Shown: positions 46,833 through 56,918 of the stretch, piece by piece
How the letters are laid out: the number at the start of each line of letters is the position of its first letter
Numbering within the stretch: position 1 is the first letter of the stretch
Source: a virus
Lineage: Duplodnaviria; Caudoviricetes
Strand: one strand, 5' to 3'
DNA length: 62,997 nucleotides
IMG/VR virus record: IMGVR_UViG_3300009149_000034
Span: 1-62,997 of that record
Program-made: the position numbers and the translations under genes
Notes under the pieces: generated by a model
Told to the model about the DNA's origin: nothing
The model's input: the letters and a program-made list of their open reading frames with translations, nothing else
The model's database searches: none

Positions 46833-47273
46833 TTAATCCCAGTACACCGGAAGTGTTTTAGTGGCCTCTTGATCATGCTCATCTAAACCCATGAAACGAA
46901 CTACTACTCTACCAGCCTGTACCCACAAAAGAGTCTTATCTATTATGACAGTAATTCGCTGACTATCGGAGCGAAAAATCTTAGAGTTAGTTCCGTCGTA
47001 GGGCGCGTGAAATACTTGACCTAAAGTCATAACAGGTAAGAAAGTGACACCCGAGTCCTCACTGATCTCTACTGAGACATCATCTAACTCTGTCCAGTCA
47101 GAAAAGTAGTATGTAGTGAACTCTAAGAACTGGTCACGCGGAACATTGACCTGATGATCTGCCGGGTTGGAATAACTGTAGCGGGGCTCTACGGCGCTAG
47201 CTGCGTTACCGTACTCTGAACGGCCAAAGGACGCTAGTCCATACCCCCCTTTACGGGAATTAGATGATGCCAT
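46833..47273 (-). CDS. Ig-like domain virion protein
   Basis: PRYSYSNPADHQVNVPRDQFLEF resembles the start of Big_5/SbsA Ig-like domains; GAGGAG RBS. Confidence 0.55.
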   Translation of the reverse strand: MASSNSRKGGYGLASFGRSEYGNAASAVEPRYSYSNPADHQVNVPRDQFLEFTTYYFSDWTELDDVSVEISEDSGVTFLPVMTLGQVFHAPYDGTNSKIFRSDSQRITVIIDKTLLWVQAGRVVVRFMGLDEHDQEATKTLPVYWD

Positions 47274-47299
47274 TCAGAAATACTCCTCACCGCCACAGT

Positions 47300-47872
47300 C
47301 TACTCCTCGTCTACCGTAGCAACTACCTCTAACGGTTTGGGGGAATCGTCATCATCGATATCCCACTGTAAAATGCCGCACTCTAAGAGAACTGTCATGT
47401 CATTTCCATTGAGGATACCCTCAGGACAGACAGACATCTTTAACTGGTAGGGCTCGAATTCTACTTCTTCATCTAGTAGAGCTACGAAATCTTTACGTCT
47501 AGCTTCTTCATCTTTGATTACTGACGGGTACTCTTCACGCAACTTTTCAATAGCAGCGTCGAATTCTTCCTTGCGTTCTACAATCTGGAATGTCTCGCCC
47601 TCGCCAGGGCGCGCTCCTGGTGTAGCACGTTTAATTGTCTGTCCGTCCTCACCCTTGTCCGCGTACTCCTCGCATAGTGCGATACGATCACGCGTAAAAG
47701 CTTGGAACTCAGGTAGGGGTGTTTGTCCCTTCTCCAGAGCTTCCAAGATGTTCTTTATCCGTGATTGATTACGCGCTATAGCGTACGCAAAACGCGGGAG
47801 GGTCTCATCGCCTAATCGCCGTAGGACTTGATTCAATGCAGGAAACGTCTTGTGGGGCACCTTAACTTTCAT
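47300..47872 (-). CDS. hypothetical phage protein, helical and acidic
   Basis: AAGGAG RBS, 190 aa. Confidence 0.75.
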   Translation of the reverse strand: MKVKVPHKTFPALNQVLRRLGDETLPRFAYAIARNQSRIKNILEALEKGQTPLPEFQAFTRDRIALCEEYADKGEDGQTIKRATPGARPGEGETFQIVERKEEFDAAIEKLREEYPSVIKDEEARRKDFVALLDEEVEFEPYQLKMSVCPEGILNGNDMTVLLECGILQWDIDDDDSPKPLEVVATVDEE

Positions 47873-47970
47873 TGTGGTTACTCCTTGTTACGTAAAAGGT
47901 GTTAACCGATATTAACCACATGAAAGTTTCCTGTCTAGTCTATTGTAGGGATAATGCCTTACAGCCATAG

Positions 47971-48231
47971 TTAACTAGCCCAGGGCCAAAGCATTACCGG
48001 GCTTGAAAACTCGACGATTTTACCACAATCGTCACACTGCAGCTTCCACTCGTCTTCAACTTTGGACCAGGAAGTATGTCCACAAGTTTGCTCCTGGGAT
48101 CGCGCTTCCGCAGCGATCACGCCAATCTGAGCATTCTTAGTTGCTATATCACTATCTGCACTATCCCGGAGAGCCTCAATTTCTTGCTCAAGAGCCCTGA
48201 TAGCTGCCAAATTTTCTTCATACGTTGCCAT
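47971..48231 (-). CDS. small coiled-coil plus zinc-finger protein, possibly a fibre chaperone
   Basis: Follows the tail spike gene; CGH...CDDCG. Confidence 0.65.
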   Translation of the reverse strand: MATYEENLAAIRALEQEIEALRDSADSDIATKNAQIGVIAAEARSQEQTCGHTSWSKVEDEWKLQCDDCGKIVEFSSPVMLWPWAS

Positions 48232-48239
48232 ACTGACTC

Positions 48240-51200
48240 CTAGTAGTTTGCCCCTGAAGCCTCATTGACGTTACTAGTACCATACTGATTGGTGGTATTC
48301 GTACCTGAAGTTGCGGCGTCAAGCGTTGACGAACTAGACGAATTACCCAGGATAGTACTTCTACTAAACTGATCTACGTATATCCCTACAGTACCTGATG
48401 CCATGTAGCAAACATTGCCGACAATAACCCAGCTATAACAAGCATTGGTCGCACTTGCTGCTACACATCTGCCTAGTGTATCGCCATCATGTCTAAGGAA
48501 ATTGCCTACAATTATGCCATAATGAGCACCAGCCACACCCCAAATTGCCGAACTTACTTGGTAAGAACCATTATTTGAAACAGCCGATCCAATATAACAT
48601 CCATTAACTCTAGTATAATCAGCACCTGAATTAAGAAATAAGTTACATTTGCTGTTAGTACCAATTATTCGGCAATTAGAAAATCCATTGTAATAACCAT
48701 TTACATGCACCATTCCATCTGTTGGATTACCTGCTAAAGTATAATCCATCATTCGCTGATACCAATAACAATTAGAAAACTGGTTCTGCTGACCCGTAAT
48801 ATAAGTATTTCTTGAAGAACAGTTTGTTGAAGTGTTCCAACCAGTATTAAAAGTGCAATTGTCAAAATGACAATTGTCTGCTTCTACAGTTAAACATTGT
48901 GGATTATGCCCAGTTTGATCTGATTCTCCAGCATAAACTTCAACATTGGAAAATCTAGAGTCATTTCCCTGGCAGTAAAGAACGGTAGCGTAGCTCGAAC
49001 CGTAGGCACAATTATAATAACAATCTGACATTTTTGTACTTACAGCATTAGATGTCATCCATACAGAACCACCAGTACAAGTTGAATTTACACTACTGAC
49101 CTTAGAAATATGGGCACCTGTACCTGTGACATATATTAACCAATCAGATGGGAAGAGCGTATTAAAAGAAACGTTGTCGAGTGTACAATAGTCTCCCGCA
49201 ACACTAATCGCGTAACCATAAGACCCAGGTCCTTGAGGATTTATCTGGAAGATGCAGTCTCGTATACTCGAATAATCTGCGCCTAACTGTACCCCGTACA
49301 CCTGATTCGTCATGGTTGTAGAGCGAGTGAACGCGACACTCTGAATCTCTACATGGTTGGTAAAGTTCAAGCAACAGTCTGCATCCCCCGAAGTAAAGCG
49401 TATAAACGTATTACCTGCGCCCGAACCTACAATCTTCAACTCATATGCAAAGGTCTGTACAGTAGTCCAAGATATGTCATGCGTTCCCGCTCCAAGAATG
49501 ATCTGCGCATCTCCCGTAAGATTTTGAAGCAGTGTTGCAAACGCCGTCGAATTCGAACCATTTACGTAGTAAACTCCGTCAATCAGCGAATACCCTGTAC
49601 CTATAGTCTCCGTACTGAAAACCTGACCGCTAAGTGGCGTAAACGCAATTCCGCCAGCAGTTGTTATCTCAGCTCTCAGATTAGCTGCGGCTGTACCGTC
49701 TTGGTACCACTGAAACTGTGTGTCCGCGCGATACCGATGACCCCCTGTGGAGTCAATAAAAACGTCACCTCCGGCAGTTACACTCAAATCGTCTGTAGGT
49801 GTAAGATTTACATCCGCACCCGCTGACAAAAGAATATCTCCCGTTACCCCAATAGTTGAAATAGTAAAATCTTGCCCTGAAGCAGGCGTCATGGTCATGG
49901 CACCTGAGGTATTAATCCACAGCCTACTCTCACTATTTTGTGTGATATAGACATTTGATAGTGTGGACGTACCTAATGAGAGCTGTCCTGCTGTAGAGAA
50001 CAGCCCAGTATCCCCGGAAATAAACTGAATATCTCCGTTCCCTGTAGTCGTAACTGTAAAGTTAGCCGACGCTCCAGGAGTCCACGCCACTACGCCAGTA
50101 GAATCAATATCCAGAATCAAATGATCATCTTCATAGACCTGGTACCTACCCGCACCATTCAGATTGTTATAAATGGTAGTGACGTCGAAGTCCCCGTCCA
50201 GGTCAATCGCTGCCCCTGCTCCGGCTGCCCGTAACAAGATGTGGGGCTCCGTAACCAGTGAGTCCGTAACGGTGAGCGTGATATTCGCATCCGTTAGTGC
50301 GTCCAGAGAGATGCCGCTACTGAAGGTCGCTACCGCAGTAGCATTATTCTTTATGTAAAAAGAACTACCTGCTGCGTCCTTGTCGTAAACGAGATTAACA
50401 ACTCCGTCAGATTCAACATTAACAGTCGCAGAACTCCCCCCGCTCGCAGTAGCCCGAAGACTTGCACTGCTGGCACCCCCTCCAGTAGCGGTAGCCGTCC
50501 AATCCACAATACTGCCACCAGTGCCTGAGTTAGTAACGGTACCTCCAAGCCCTACATTCGCAGAGGTACTGAGTATGGCCGACGCTGCGATACCTTCCAT
50601 GCCTGCGGGAAGATCCCCTAGAAGAATGCCTATATTAGTCGTATCCGCAGCCAACGCCAAATTGTCAGACGCAGACACCGTAATGTCCCCACTCGTAGTG
50701 GTCTGTACAGTCAGGTTCGCGCCTGCAACTGTGAAGTTCGATGTTCCTGCTGCATCCAGAGAAATCGACGCACTGTCTATCGTGGTCGCACCTGTAGTAT
50801 TGATATCAACAATACTCGAAGTAAGGTCGATCTCTCTATCCGCCGAGATATTTACATCCGCAAGAGTAGTAGCAGAGGTGGCCCCTACATTCAGAGCAAC
50901 GGTTCCGGTTCCAGTAACTGTTAGGTTTGAAGTACCGGTAGCGTCTATAGAAAACGTAGCGCTATCCATGGTTAGCGCTGTAACCGAATTGAGATCAATG
51001 ACGTTAGCAGTTAAGTCAAACTCTCCACTTACGCAATCTACAAAAATATCACTAATGGACGTCAGCAGAATATCTCCCGAAACAACTGTTTCAAGAGAAA
51101 GGTTACCGTTCTGTACCGCAAAATTAGATGCGCCTCCCGCATCAATTGTTACCGCACCAGAGGCATTGATGTCTACTGTAGCTGCAGTTAAATCAATTTG

Positions 51201-52412
51201 AGAACTTGCTGAAACTAAAACATTAGCATCCCCACTACTACTAGTAGCGGCTAATGTGAGCGCGACCGCTGCAGTTCCAGTAACTGTAAAGTTAGAGGAC
51301 GTCACAGCATCAATTGAAATAGAAGCCCCACTATCCACCGTTACAGTAGATGTCGCGTTAATATCGACATGTAGCGCTGTAAGGTCTACTTCATAATCTG
51401 CGTCTAATCTAATGTCCGCAGTACTCGAAGTAAGAATGATGTCGTTAACCGCATCAACCGTAACACCTGTAACCGAATTGAGATCAATGACATTAGCGGT
51501 TAAATCAAATTCCCCGCTAGAGCAATCCACGAAAATATCGCTAATAGACGTCAGCAGAATATCTCCCGAAACAACTGTTTCGAGAGAAAGGTTACCGTTC
51601 TGTACGGCAAAATTGGATGCGCCTCCTGCATCCAACGAAATCGCATTAGTAGCGTCTACAAGGAAAGAACCTGTAATATTCGTATCAACATCCCCCGCAT
51701 TGGCAGTAATATCTACGCCACGCGCAGAAGTCAGAGCTATGTTTCCACTCCCCGTAGTCTGTAATGTCAAATCCGCGGCGACAGTGAAATCAGAAGCAGC
51801 CCCTGCCCCGAGAGAGATCGCTCCAGTAGCATCAATATACACCGGTCCAGCAGTAGCATCGATATCTACATAGTCCCCGCCAGAAAGAGTCAGACGATCT
51901 ACAGACGTTACTGAAATATGTCCCGACGTGACTGTCTCTAGAGTGATACCTGCGGTGCCGTCTACTGTTACGGCGGAAGTATCTCCTCCTTGTAAGTACA
52001 CTTGTGTCTCAGAGAAAGAGGCTTTCTGTGATCCTCCAACCGCGACACCTATCGTATTAGAGGATACATTGTAAAAACCAGTATCTACATCCTCTTCGAA
52101 AGCATATCCGGGGGCACCTACTGTACCCGCTCCAGCAGCTACAGTATCCCCAGCGGTATCAGGGTGAAGTACAGTTCCAGTTCTATCCCAATAAGCTATA
52201 CCAGAAACAGCATTATCTACATAGGTCTTTACAGCTAACTGTGTAGGAACAGCGGCATTAACAGCACCAACACCACCGAGATCCGTAGCCGTATTGAAGT
52301 TGGTTATAGTGGTCCCCGTCTTTAAGGTGAATCCACCAGCCGTAATACTAGCCTGAAGAACATCATTAATCTCAAAATTGAAGTCTCCAGTGGTATCCCA
52401 TTCGTAGCTCAT
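48240..52412 (-). CDS. long tail fibre/spike with C-terminal right-handed beta-helix (pectin-lyase-like) domain
   Basis: 1390 aa; T/G/S/A-rich repeats, then IILGAGTH...LKIVGSGAGNTFI and Asn/Cys-ladder repeats (DNCTF, SNC.., IVGN). Confidence 0.8.
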   Translation of the reverse strand: MSYEWDTTGDFNFEINDVLQASITAGGFTLKTGTTITNFNTATDLGGVGAVNAAVPTQLAVKTYVDNAVSGIAYWDRTGTVLHPDTAGDTVAAGAGTVGAPGYAFEEDVDTGFYNVSSNTIGVAVGGSQKASFSETQVYLQGGDTSAVTVDGTAGITLETVTSGHISVTSVDRLTLSGGDYVDIDATAGPVYIDATGAISLGAGAASDFTVAADLTLQTTGSGNIALTSARGVDITANAGDVDTNITGSFLVDATNAISLDAGGASNFAVQNGNLSLETVVSGDILLTSISDIFVDCSSGEFDLTANVIDLNSVTGVTVDAVNDIILTSSTADIRLDADYEVDLTALHVDINATSTVTVDSGASISIDAVTSSNFTVTGTAAVALTLAATSSSGDANVLVSASSQIDLTAATVDINASGAVTIDAGGASNFAVQNGNLSLETVVSGDILLTSISDIFVDCVSGEFDLTANVIDLNSVTALTMDSATFSIDATGTSNLTVTGTGTVALNVGATSATTLADVNISADREIDLTSSIVDINTTGATTIDSASISLDAAGTSNFTVAGANLTVQTTTSGDITVSASDNLALAADTTNIGILLGDLPAGMEGIAASAILSTSANVGLGGTVTNSGTGGSIVDWTATATGGGASSASLRATASGGSSATVNVESDGVVNLVYDKDAAGSSFYIKNNATAVATFSSGISLDALTDANITLTVTDSLVTEPHILLRAAGAGAAIDLDGDFDVTTIYNNLNGAGRYQVYEDDHLILDIDSTGVVAWTPGASANFTVTTTGNGDIQFISGDTGLFSTAGQLSLGTSTLSNVYITQNSESRLWINTSGAMTMTPASGQDFTISTIGVTGDILLSAGADVNLTPTDDLSVTAGGDVFIDSTGGHRYRADTQFQWYQDGTAAANLRAEITTAGGIAFTPLSGQVFSTETIGTGYSLIDGVYYVNGSNSTAFATLLQNLTGDAQIILGAGTHDISWTTVQTFAYELKIVGSGAGNTFIRFTSGDADCCLNFTNHVEIQSVAFTRSTTMTNQVYGVQLGADYSSIRDCIFQINPQGPGSYGYAISVAGDYCTLDNVSFNTLFPSDWLIYVTGTGAHISKVSSVNSTCTGGSVWMTSNAVSTKMSDCYYNCAYGSSYATVLYCQGNDSRFSNVEVYAGESDQTGHNPQCLTVEADNCHFDNCTFNTGWNTSTNCSSRNTYITGQQNQFSNCYWYQRMMDYTLAGNPTDGMVHVNGYYNGFSNCRIIGTNSKCNLFLNSGADYTRVNGCYIGSAVSNNGSYQVSSAIWGVAGAHYGIIVGNFLRHDGDTLGRCVAASATNACYSWVIVGNVCYMASGTVGIYVDQFSRSTILGNSSSSSTLDAATSGTNTTNQYGTSNVNEASGANY
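50978..51632 (-). repeat. 166-bp internal direct repeat (50978-51143 and 51467-51632)
   Basis: Both copies encode DAGGASNFAVQNGNLSLETVVSGDILLTSISDIFVDC.SGEFDLTANVIDLNSVT; differences are mostly synonymous. Confidence 0.92.
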
Positions 52413-52451
52413 ACTAGTCCTCGCTGTGAGACTGCAGGTTCATGACGGGAA

Positions 52452-52500
52452 GAGAAGAAGAGGAGGCATTTTTTACGACGTAAATAACCTCCTCCTCTTT
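52452..52500 (-). terminator. terminator-like hairpin between two fibre genes
   Basis: On the - strand GAGGAGG...CCTCCTC stem followed by a pyrimidine run. Confidence 0.55.
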
Positions 52501-52515
52501 CACCTCACCTCAGGA

Positions 52516-55500
52516 CTAGGCCGACGCTACTAGAGCCTCCGACGTAATTAGCGTCCCGGTCCACTCGATATTCTCATCCGCGGTCCCGTTACACGTAATC
52601 CTTAATTCTCCACCTGTACCAGCTTCGGTAGCAGCAGTTACAGTTACATCCCAATCATCTGCATTCCCCTGCTCACCAAACTTATTCACATTAGTCGATC
52701 CCGACACCAGTGTGGGGGCACCACCCGTGGTAGCTCCACCTAGTACTAGGAAAGTAACATCCCAACCCGCTACAGCGGTTCCACCACTCTGCTTGGCAAC
52801 GACTGTGCACTTACAAGAGTAAGCCTTATTTACCGCGAGGCTCAGAGTTCCTGCAGCATCAGGGGTTAGGTAATCAGTAGTGGTACCCGTAGTAGTGTGT
52901 GCACGGAGGTGTGCAACCGCTCCCTGAGAATCTCCATCCGCAGCTAGTGCTCCACTCGAGATAACCAGCGCATCATTCCAAGTAGCAAGAGCATCAGCAC
53001 CGAATACATATCCATCAGCATTAAAGAAGATATCATCTGCTGAAGTTAGGTATATATCTCCGGAAGTAGTAGTACTGAGCGTAAGGTCTGCGCCAGCAAC
53101 CGTGAAGTTCGAAGCTGCGGCTGCGTCAAGCTGGATGGTAGTACCTGTGTTAAACGAAATTGCCTGCGCTACATCCACGGAAAATCCGCCAGTACCAACA
53201 TTCGCAAAGTAAACCCCTGCGTTCCCGATACGAAGTTTATCAGAATTTCCTACAGAGAATGTCAACTCAGATGCTGCATTATCCCAATACATACCTGACG
53301 TAACTGCATTGAGGAAGCTATACGTCGGTGTGAGGGCTACGCCGTCTACCGCATTGATATGCCCAGAAGAATCAAACCTGAATATCTGCGCCGGGGTACC
53401 TGCGCCGTTGTAAACATCGATGTTCTTAGCGCCAGATCCCGGAACATTATTTATCTCAAAATTACCGCTGTCCAGCCACATCGAGATATTACCAGCAGAA
53501 GTACTCTTATCCGCCATCGTAAGAGAGTACGCAGCCGCTGATGTGGATGTCGGATCCCCGATCATCACCGTTCCGGGGCCTACTCCAGGACCGCCAGTCG
53601 GGTCAAACCCAAAGCCCACCGCGCCCTCAGTCGAGATGGTAACAGCGGCATTACCGTTATTCGTGAAGATGGTCTTAGCTGCCGAGGTGACGTTAACATT
53701 CCCGGAAGTCGTAGTAGACAGTGTAAGATCTCCAGTATCAGACACGATGGACCGTGTCCCAGCACCCTCGAGAGAGATCGTCGCCGCGGAACTAGCCGTT
53801 GAAAGTATTAAACCCTTTGTATCAGTGTCACTTTGCGTGAGGGTTAATACCGCTATGTTCTGACCGTCAGCTACCGAAAATGCCAGGGCCCCTTCTGCAG
53901 AAGTTGCAGCAATCGTATTCCCAGCCTCGTACGCACCCTGGAGAGTCTCTACGGAGATGTGGTTATCTACATAAGCTTTGATGGACTCACTCGTAGCCAA
54001 AGTTACAGCTGAAGCAGTAGCCATCGTATCGTCATCGATGATCCCGCTCACCCCCGTAGTACCGTTGATGTCGAAGCCCCCACTTGGAACATCAATACTA
54101 ACTGTTGTCGAACCAGTGGTATTACCAATGATAACTTCCGAAGTAAAAGCACCAGTCGCTATACTAACAGTACGCTCTCCCTGAGTACCGATGTTAATGT
54201 TCTGATCGACATCATCAGTACCGATTCCTATGGCACCCGCCGAAGAATTCAACTCTAAAACACCAGCAGAATCGATGTTCACCGAAGTTGTCCCGTCGAT
54301 GTCCAGGGTATCTACATTGATCACACCATCAATATTGCCAGATCCGTCTCCCGTGAAGCTTACAACATCGTTGGTAGAGGTAACTTTGAAAGCGTAAGAC
54401 GTTCCAGCAAGCTGGAAGTCCACGTCGTAGGAATCAACACCCACATTAGCATTGGCTCCACTTGTATACGCATCATCCAACGTCCAGGTCTTGATGACTA
54501 CCTGGTTACTAGAAATCTCGAGAGTTGTGTTGTCAACTGCAACAGCGAGATCATTCGCCTGGAAATCAATACCTCCTCGAGACTCAATAGTCCCACTGCC
54601 TACATTGATAGTATTACCAGTCTTGGTGAGACCAGTACCCGCGGTCACCATACCAGCGCCAGAGAACTGCGAAAACGCTAATGGTGTAGTATCTACGGTT
54701 ATAGTACCGTTCGTTATTAGTACCCAGCCACTATCCGCATTAGCAGTACCTTCCTGTACGAACATAAAGTCGCCGCCCTGAACCTCGCTAACAGGAGAAC
54801 CATCGAAGTCAGTCGTACGGGTAATTTTCCAGGGGGTTCCTGCGTCACCGACAACTGTTACTTCGTAAACACCGTTATCGGCATCTGCTGTTTCCGCACC
54901 TGCAGCCGCGTTCTTGAAAAGAATTCGGTCGCCTACTGTGAGATCAGTTACACCATCGATCCCGCCAGTATTGATCGACCCATTAGCGTCGGCTTCAAGG
55001 TACGCTCCAACACCCGTGCCTGTTTTAGTATACGCAGGTAGGTCAGCAGCAGTAGCAACCCTAACAGCCGCTTTGGGATGAAGACCTTCAGCGACGGTAT
55101 CAACATACCCCTTGGTAGCCAGGTGACTATCGAGAGTAGGAGTTACACCAACCACAACACCAGAAAAGTCACGAGAACCCGTAGCTAACATGTATTGAGT
55201 ATGGTCATCGTCACCTAGACCTGATATGGATCCGTGATCAATGCTAGCCTCTACTACATCTAAACTAATAATGTCAGATGCTGGTGACGAGATGGAAAGC
55301 TTAGAACTTCCTGCACCGAGAGTATAAAACTCGAGATCTAACACGTTCTTAGTCTTGTAAAGTCCCTGCCCTGTACCTTGGTTACTGGCAGTATTAGCCT
55401 CACCACCTGCAGAAACCAGGTTCTCAATCTTATTGATATTCTCAACCAGAAGACCTGCTAGAGAATAATCCGACCCTACAAAATAACTAGCCCCCGTGAT

Positions 55501-55629
55501 GGCCGTGTCCAGGTTACCAAAGCTGGATGCTTCTGACAAACCAAAGGCCGCACCTAAGTTGGTGTACCCACCAGCATAGTTAGCGTCAACAAAGGTAATG
55601 TCGCCAGTCGTTTTGAAATTGTAAGCCAT
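52516..55629 (-). CDS. tail fibre-like protein
   Basis: ATKGYVD...AVRVAT...VGDRILFKN...NGVY...FVQEGTANADSGW...FSQFSGAG..TAGTGLTKTGN module typical of phage fibres; GAGGAGG RBS. Confidence 0.8.
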   Translation of the reverse strand: MAYNFKTTGDITFVDANYAGGYTNLGAAFGLSEASSFGNLDTAITGASYFVGSDYSLAGLLVENINKIENLVSAGGEANTASNQGTGQGLYKTKNVLDLEFYTLGAGSSKLSISSPASDIISLDVVEASIDHGSISGLGDDDHTQYMLATGSRDFSGVVVGVTPTLDSHLATKGYVDTVAEGLHPKAAVRVATAADLPAYTKTGTGVGAYLEADANGSINTGGIDGVTDLTVGDRILFKNAAAGAETADADNGVYEVTVVGDAGTPWKITRTTDFDGSPVSEVQGGDFMFVQEGTANADSGWVLITNGTITVDTTPLAFSQFSGAGMVTAGTGLTKTGNTINVGSGTIESRGGIDFQANDLAVAVDNTTLEISSNQVVIKTWTLDDAYTSGANANVGVDSYDVDFQLAGTSYAFKVTSTNDVVSFTGDGSGNIDGVINVDTLDIDGTTSVNIDSAGVLELNSSAGAIGIGTDDVDQNINIGTQGERTVSIATGAFTSEVIIGNTTGSTTVSIDVPSGGFDINGTTGVSGIIDDDTMATASAVTLATSESIKAYVDNHISVETLQGAYEAGNTIAATSAEGALAFSVADGQNIAVLTLTQSDTDTKGLILSTASSAATISLEGAGTRSIVSDTGDLTLSTTTSGNVNVTSAAKTIFTNNGNAAVTISTEGAVGFGFDPTGGPGVGPGTVMIGDPTSTSAAAYSLTMADKSTSAGNISMWLDSGNFEINNVPGSGAKNIDVYNGAGTPAQIFRFDSSGHINAVDGVALTPTYSFLNAVTSGMYWDNAASELTFSVGNSDKLRIGNAGVYFANVGTGGFSVDVAQAISFNTGTTIQLDAAAASNFTVAGADLTLSTTTSGDIYLTSADDIFFNADGYVFGADALATWNDALVISSGALAADGDSQGAVAHLRAHTTTGTTTDYLTPDAAGTLSLAVNKAYSCKCTVVAKQSGGTAVAGWDVTFLVLGGATTGGAPTLVSGSTNVNKFGEQGNADDWDVTVTAATEAGTGGELRITCNGTADENIEWTGTLITSEALVASA

Positions 55630-55738
55630 GATACGTGTCCTCCTCAGGGGGTGTTTATAAGTTCCTACAAGGAACCTTTTGTACTATGTCATCGTCTTTG
55701 TAATTATAGGAAATTGGCGGGAGACACTAAAAGAAAAA

Positions 55739-56917
55739 TTACGCGCCTTCAGAGACCATGGCTCCATAAAGTGCGCCACACCAATGGACGTCTGCTACGT
55801 CAGAATAAGGCCAGATCTCTATTGTTGAATCTGACGTATTCACATTCACTGTAACATCCCATGAGGAAGCACCTGCGTCTGCCGCAAACTTGTTGTAATT
55901 CACGGTACCTACGATACGTGGCACCCCACCATTAGCCACACAAAACTCTACTACCCACGCAGCTGCGGTATTATTGAAGAATCCCATGAGGTTAAGCCTG
56001 AAGATATACCCCATACTGCGCCCGATAGATAAGGGACTTGCTGACGCAGGGGCTATCGTTCCTTCTGGACCAATTTTTGTCGAATAACCTGCGCCAGAAA
56101 CATCAACAGTCTCTCCGTAGACCGGTACTTCTGTTACTTGACTCGATCCTGCAATACCCGCGGATACCATACCCCCCGCTAGAGCTCGCTGTGCAGGCCA
56201 AGTAGCATTCGCACCATACCCGAAAGCAGAAGCGTAATTATGTGCCGCGGTAGAAAGGTTACCGTAAGACAGCGCATGGATCCCGCCTGACGCTAAACAA
56301 GTGTTACCCTCTGCTCGGGAGTAATCTGTTAATGCTCTACAAGCATTACCAAAAGCGTGTGCGTAATCACCCTGTGCTAAGTTGCTTTGCCCGTCTGCAA
56401 AACTGTAATTGCCTGTAGCCAAATCACCGTAGAGAGGCAACAGCGCAGCGCCTGTGCCGGAGCCTGCTCCAAATACGCCACTTCCACCCCCTCCAATGTT
56501 GGCGTCTACCCATTTAATAAACGCCGTGAGCTTGGGCTCAAAACCACGCTCTCCTGTATGGGGAGCAAGTGAATTATCCTGATTGGTCTCAAAAGCCGCA
56601 GGGATAGCCAAGCCGCTAACCCCGAGAGGGATACCTCCTAATAATGTTGACACATCTTTAGTAGGAAGCCCGTCATCGACAGTCAACTTTATGAGATAAC
56701 TACCTACTTCTGTAATCGTTGCTGCTGTAGTAGCTAATGTAGGTGTAGCGATAGTAGCTGCGGTGGATCCCAGAGGTTCAGAAAAGAATTCCCAAAGATA
56801 CGTCGTGTGTGCTGAAGGGCAACTAAGTGTTATTCCCCCAGAACTTAGATCTGCCCTTGAAATGCCCAACACCCCTGCGGGCTTAGCAGTTTGATCTATT
56901 GTGAACAGTGCTGACAT
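55739..56917 (-). CDS. fibre/adhesin-like protein with PKD-like N-terminus and YadA-head-like repeats
   Basis: TYLWEF...GSYLIKLTVDDG; 14-aa repeats such as ATGNYSFADGQSNL and AQGDYAHAFGNACR; start at ATG 56917 directly after the upstream stop. Confidence 0.65.
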   Translation of the reverse strand: MSALFTIDQTAKPAGVLGISRADLSSGGITLSCPSAHTTYLWEFFSEPLGSTAATIATPTLATTAATITEVGSYLIKLTVDDGLPTKDVSTLLGGIPLGVSGLAIPAAFETNQDNSLAPHTGERGFEPKLTAFIKWVDANIGGGGSGVFGAGSGTGAALLPLYGDLATGNYSFADGQSNLAQGDYAHAFGNACRALTDYSRAEGNTCLASGGIHALSYGNLSTAAHNYASAFGYGANATWPAQRALAGGMVSAGIAGSSQVTEVPVYGETVDVSGAGYSTKIGPEGTIAPASASPLSIGRSMGYIFRLNLMGFFNNTAAAWVVEFCVANGGVPRIVGTVNYNKFAADAGASSWDVTVNVNTSDSTIEIWPYSDVADVHWCGALYGAMVSEGA

Positions 56918-56918
56918 T

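Noticed and set aside
23026-51632. Diversity-generating retroelement (RT plus the repeat pair in the tail fibre as TR/VR)
   Set aside because: The RT has retron-type PQG..TS rather than the DGR-type G...SQ motif. Both repeat copies are in-frame within one gene and differ mainly at synonymous positions, not specifically at adenines.
49353-54781. Long + strand ORFs opposite the fibre genes (e.g. 50521-51201, 51412-51873)
   Set aside because: Antisense shadows of repetitive Thr/Ala/Asp-rich coding sequence.
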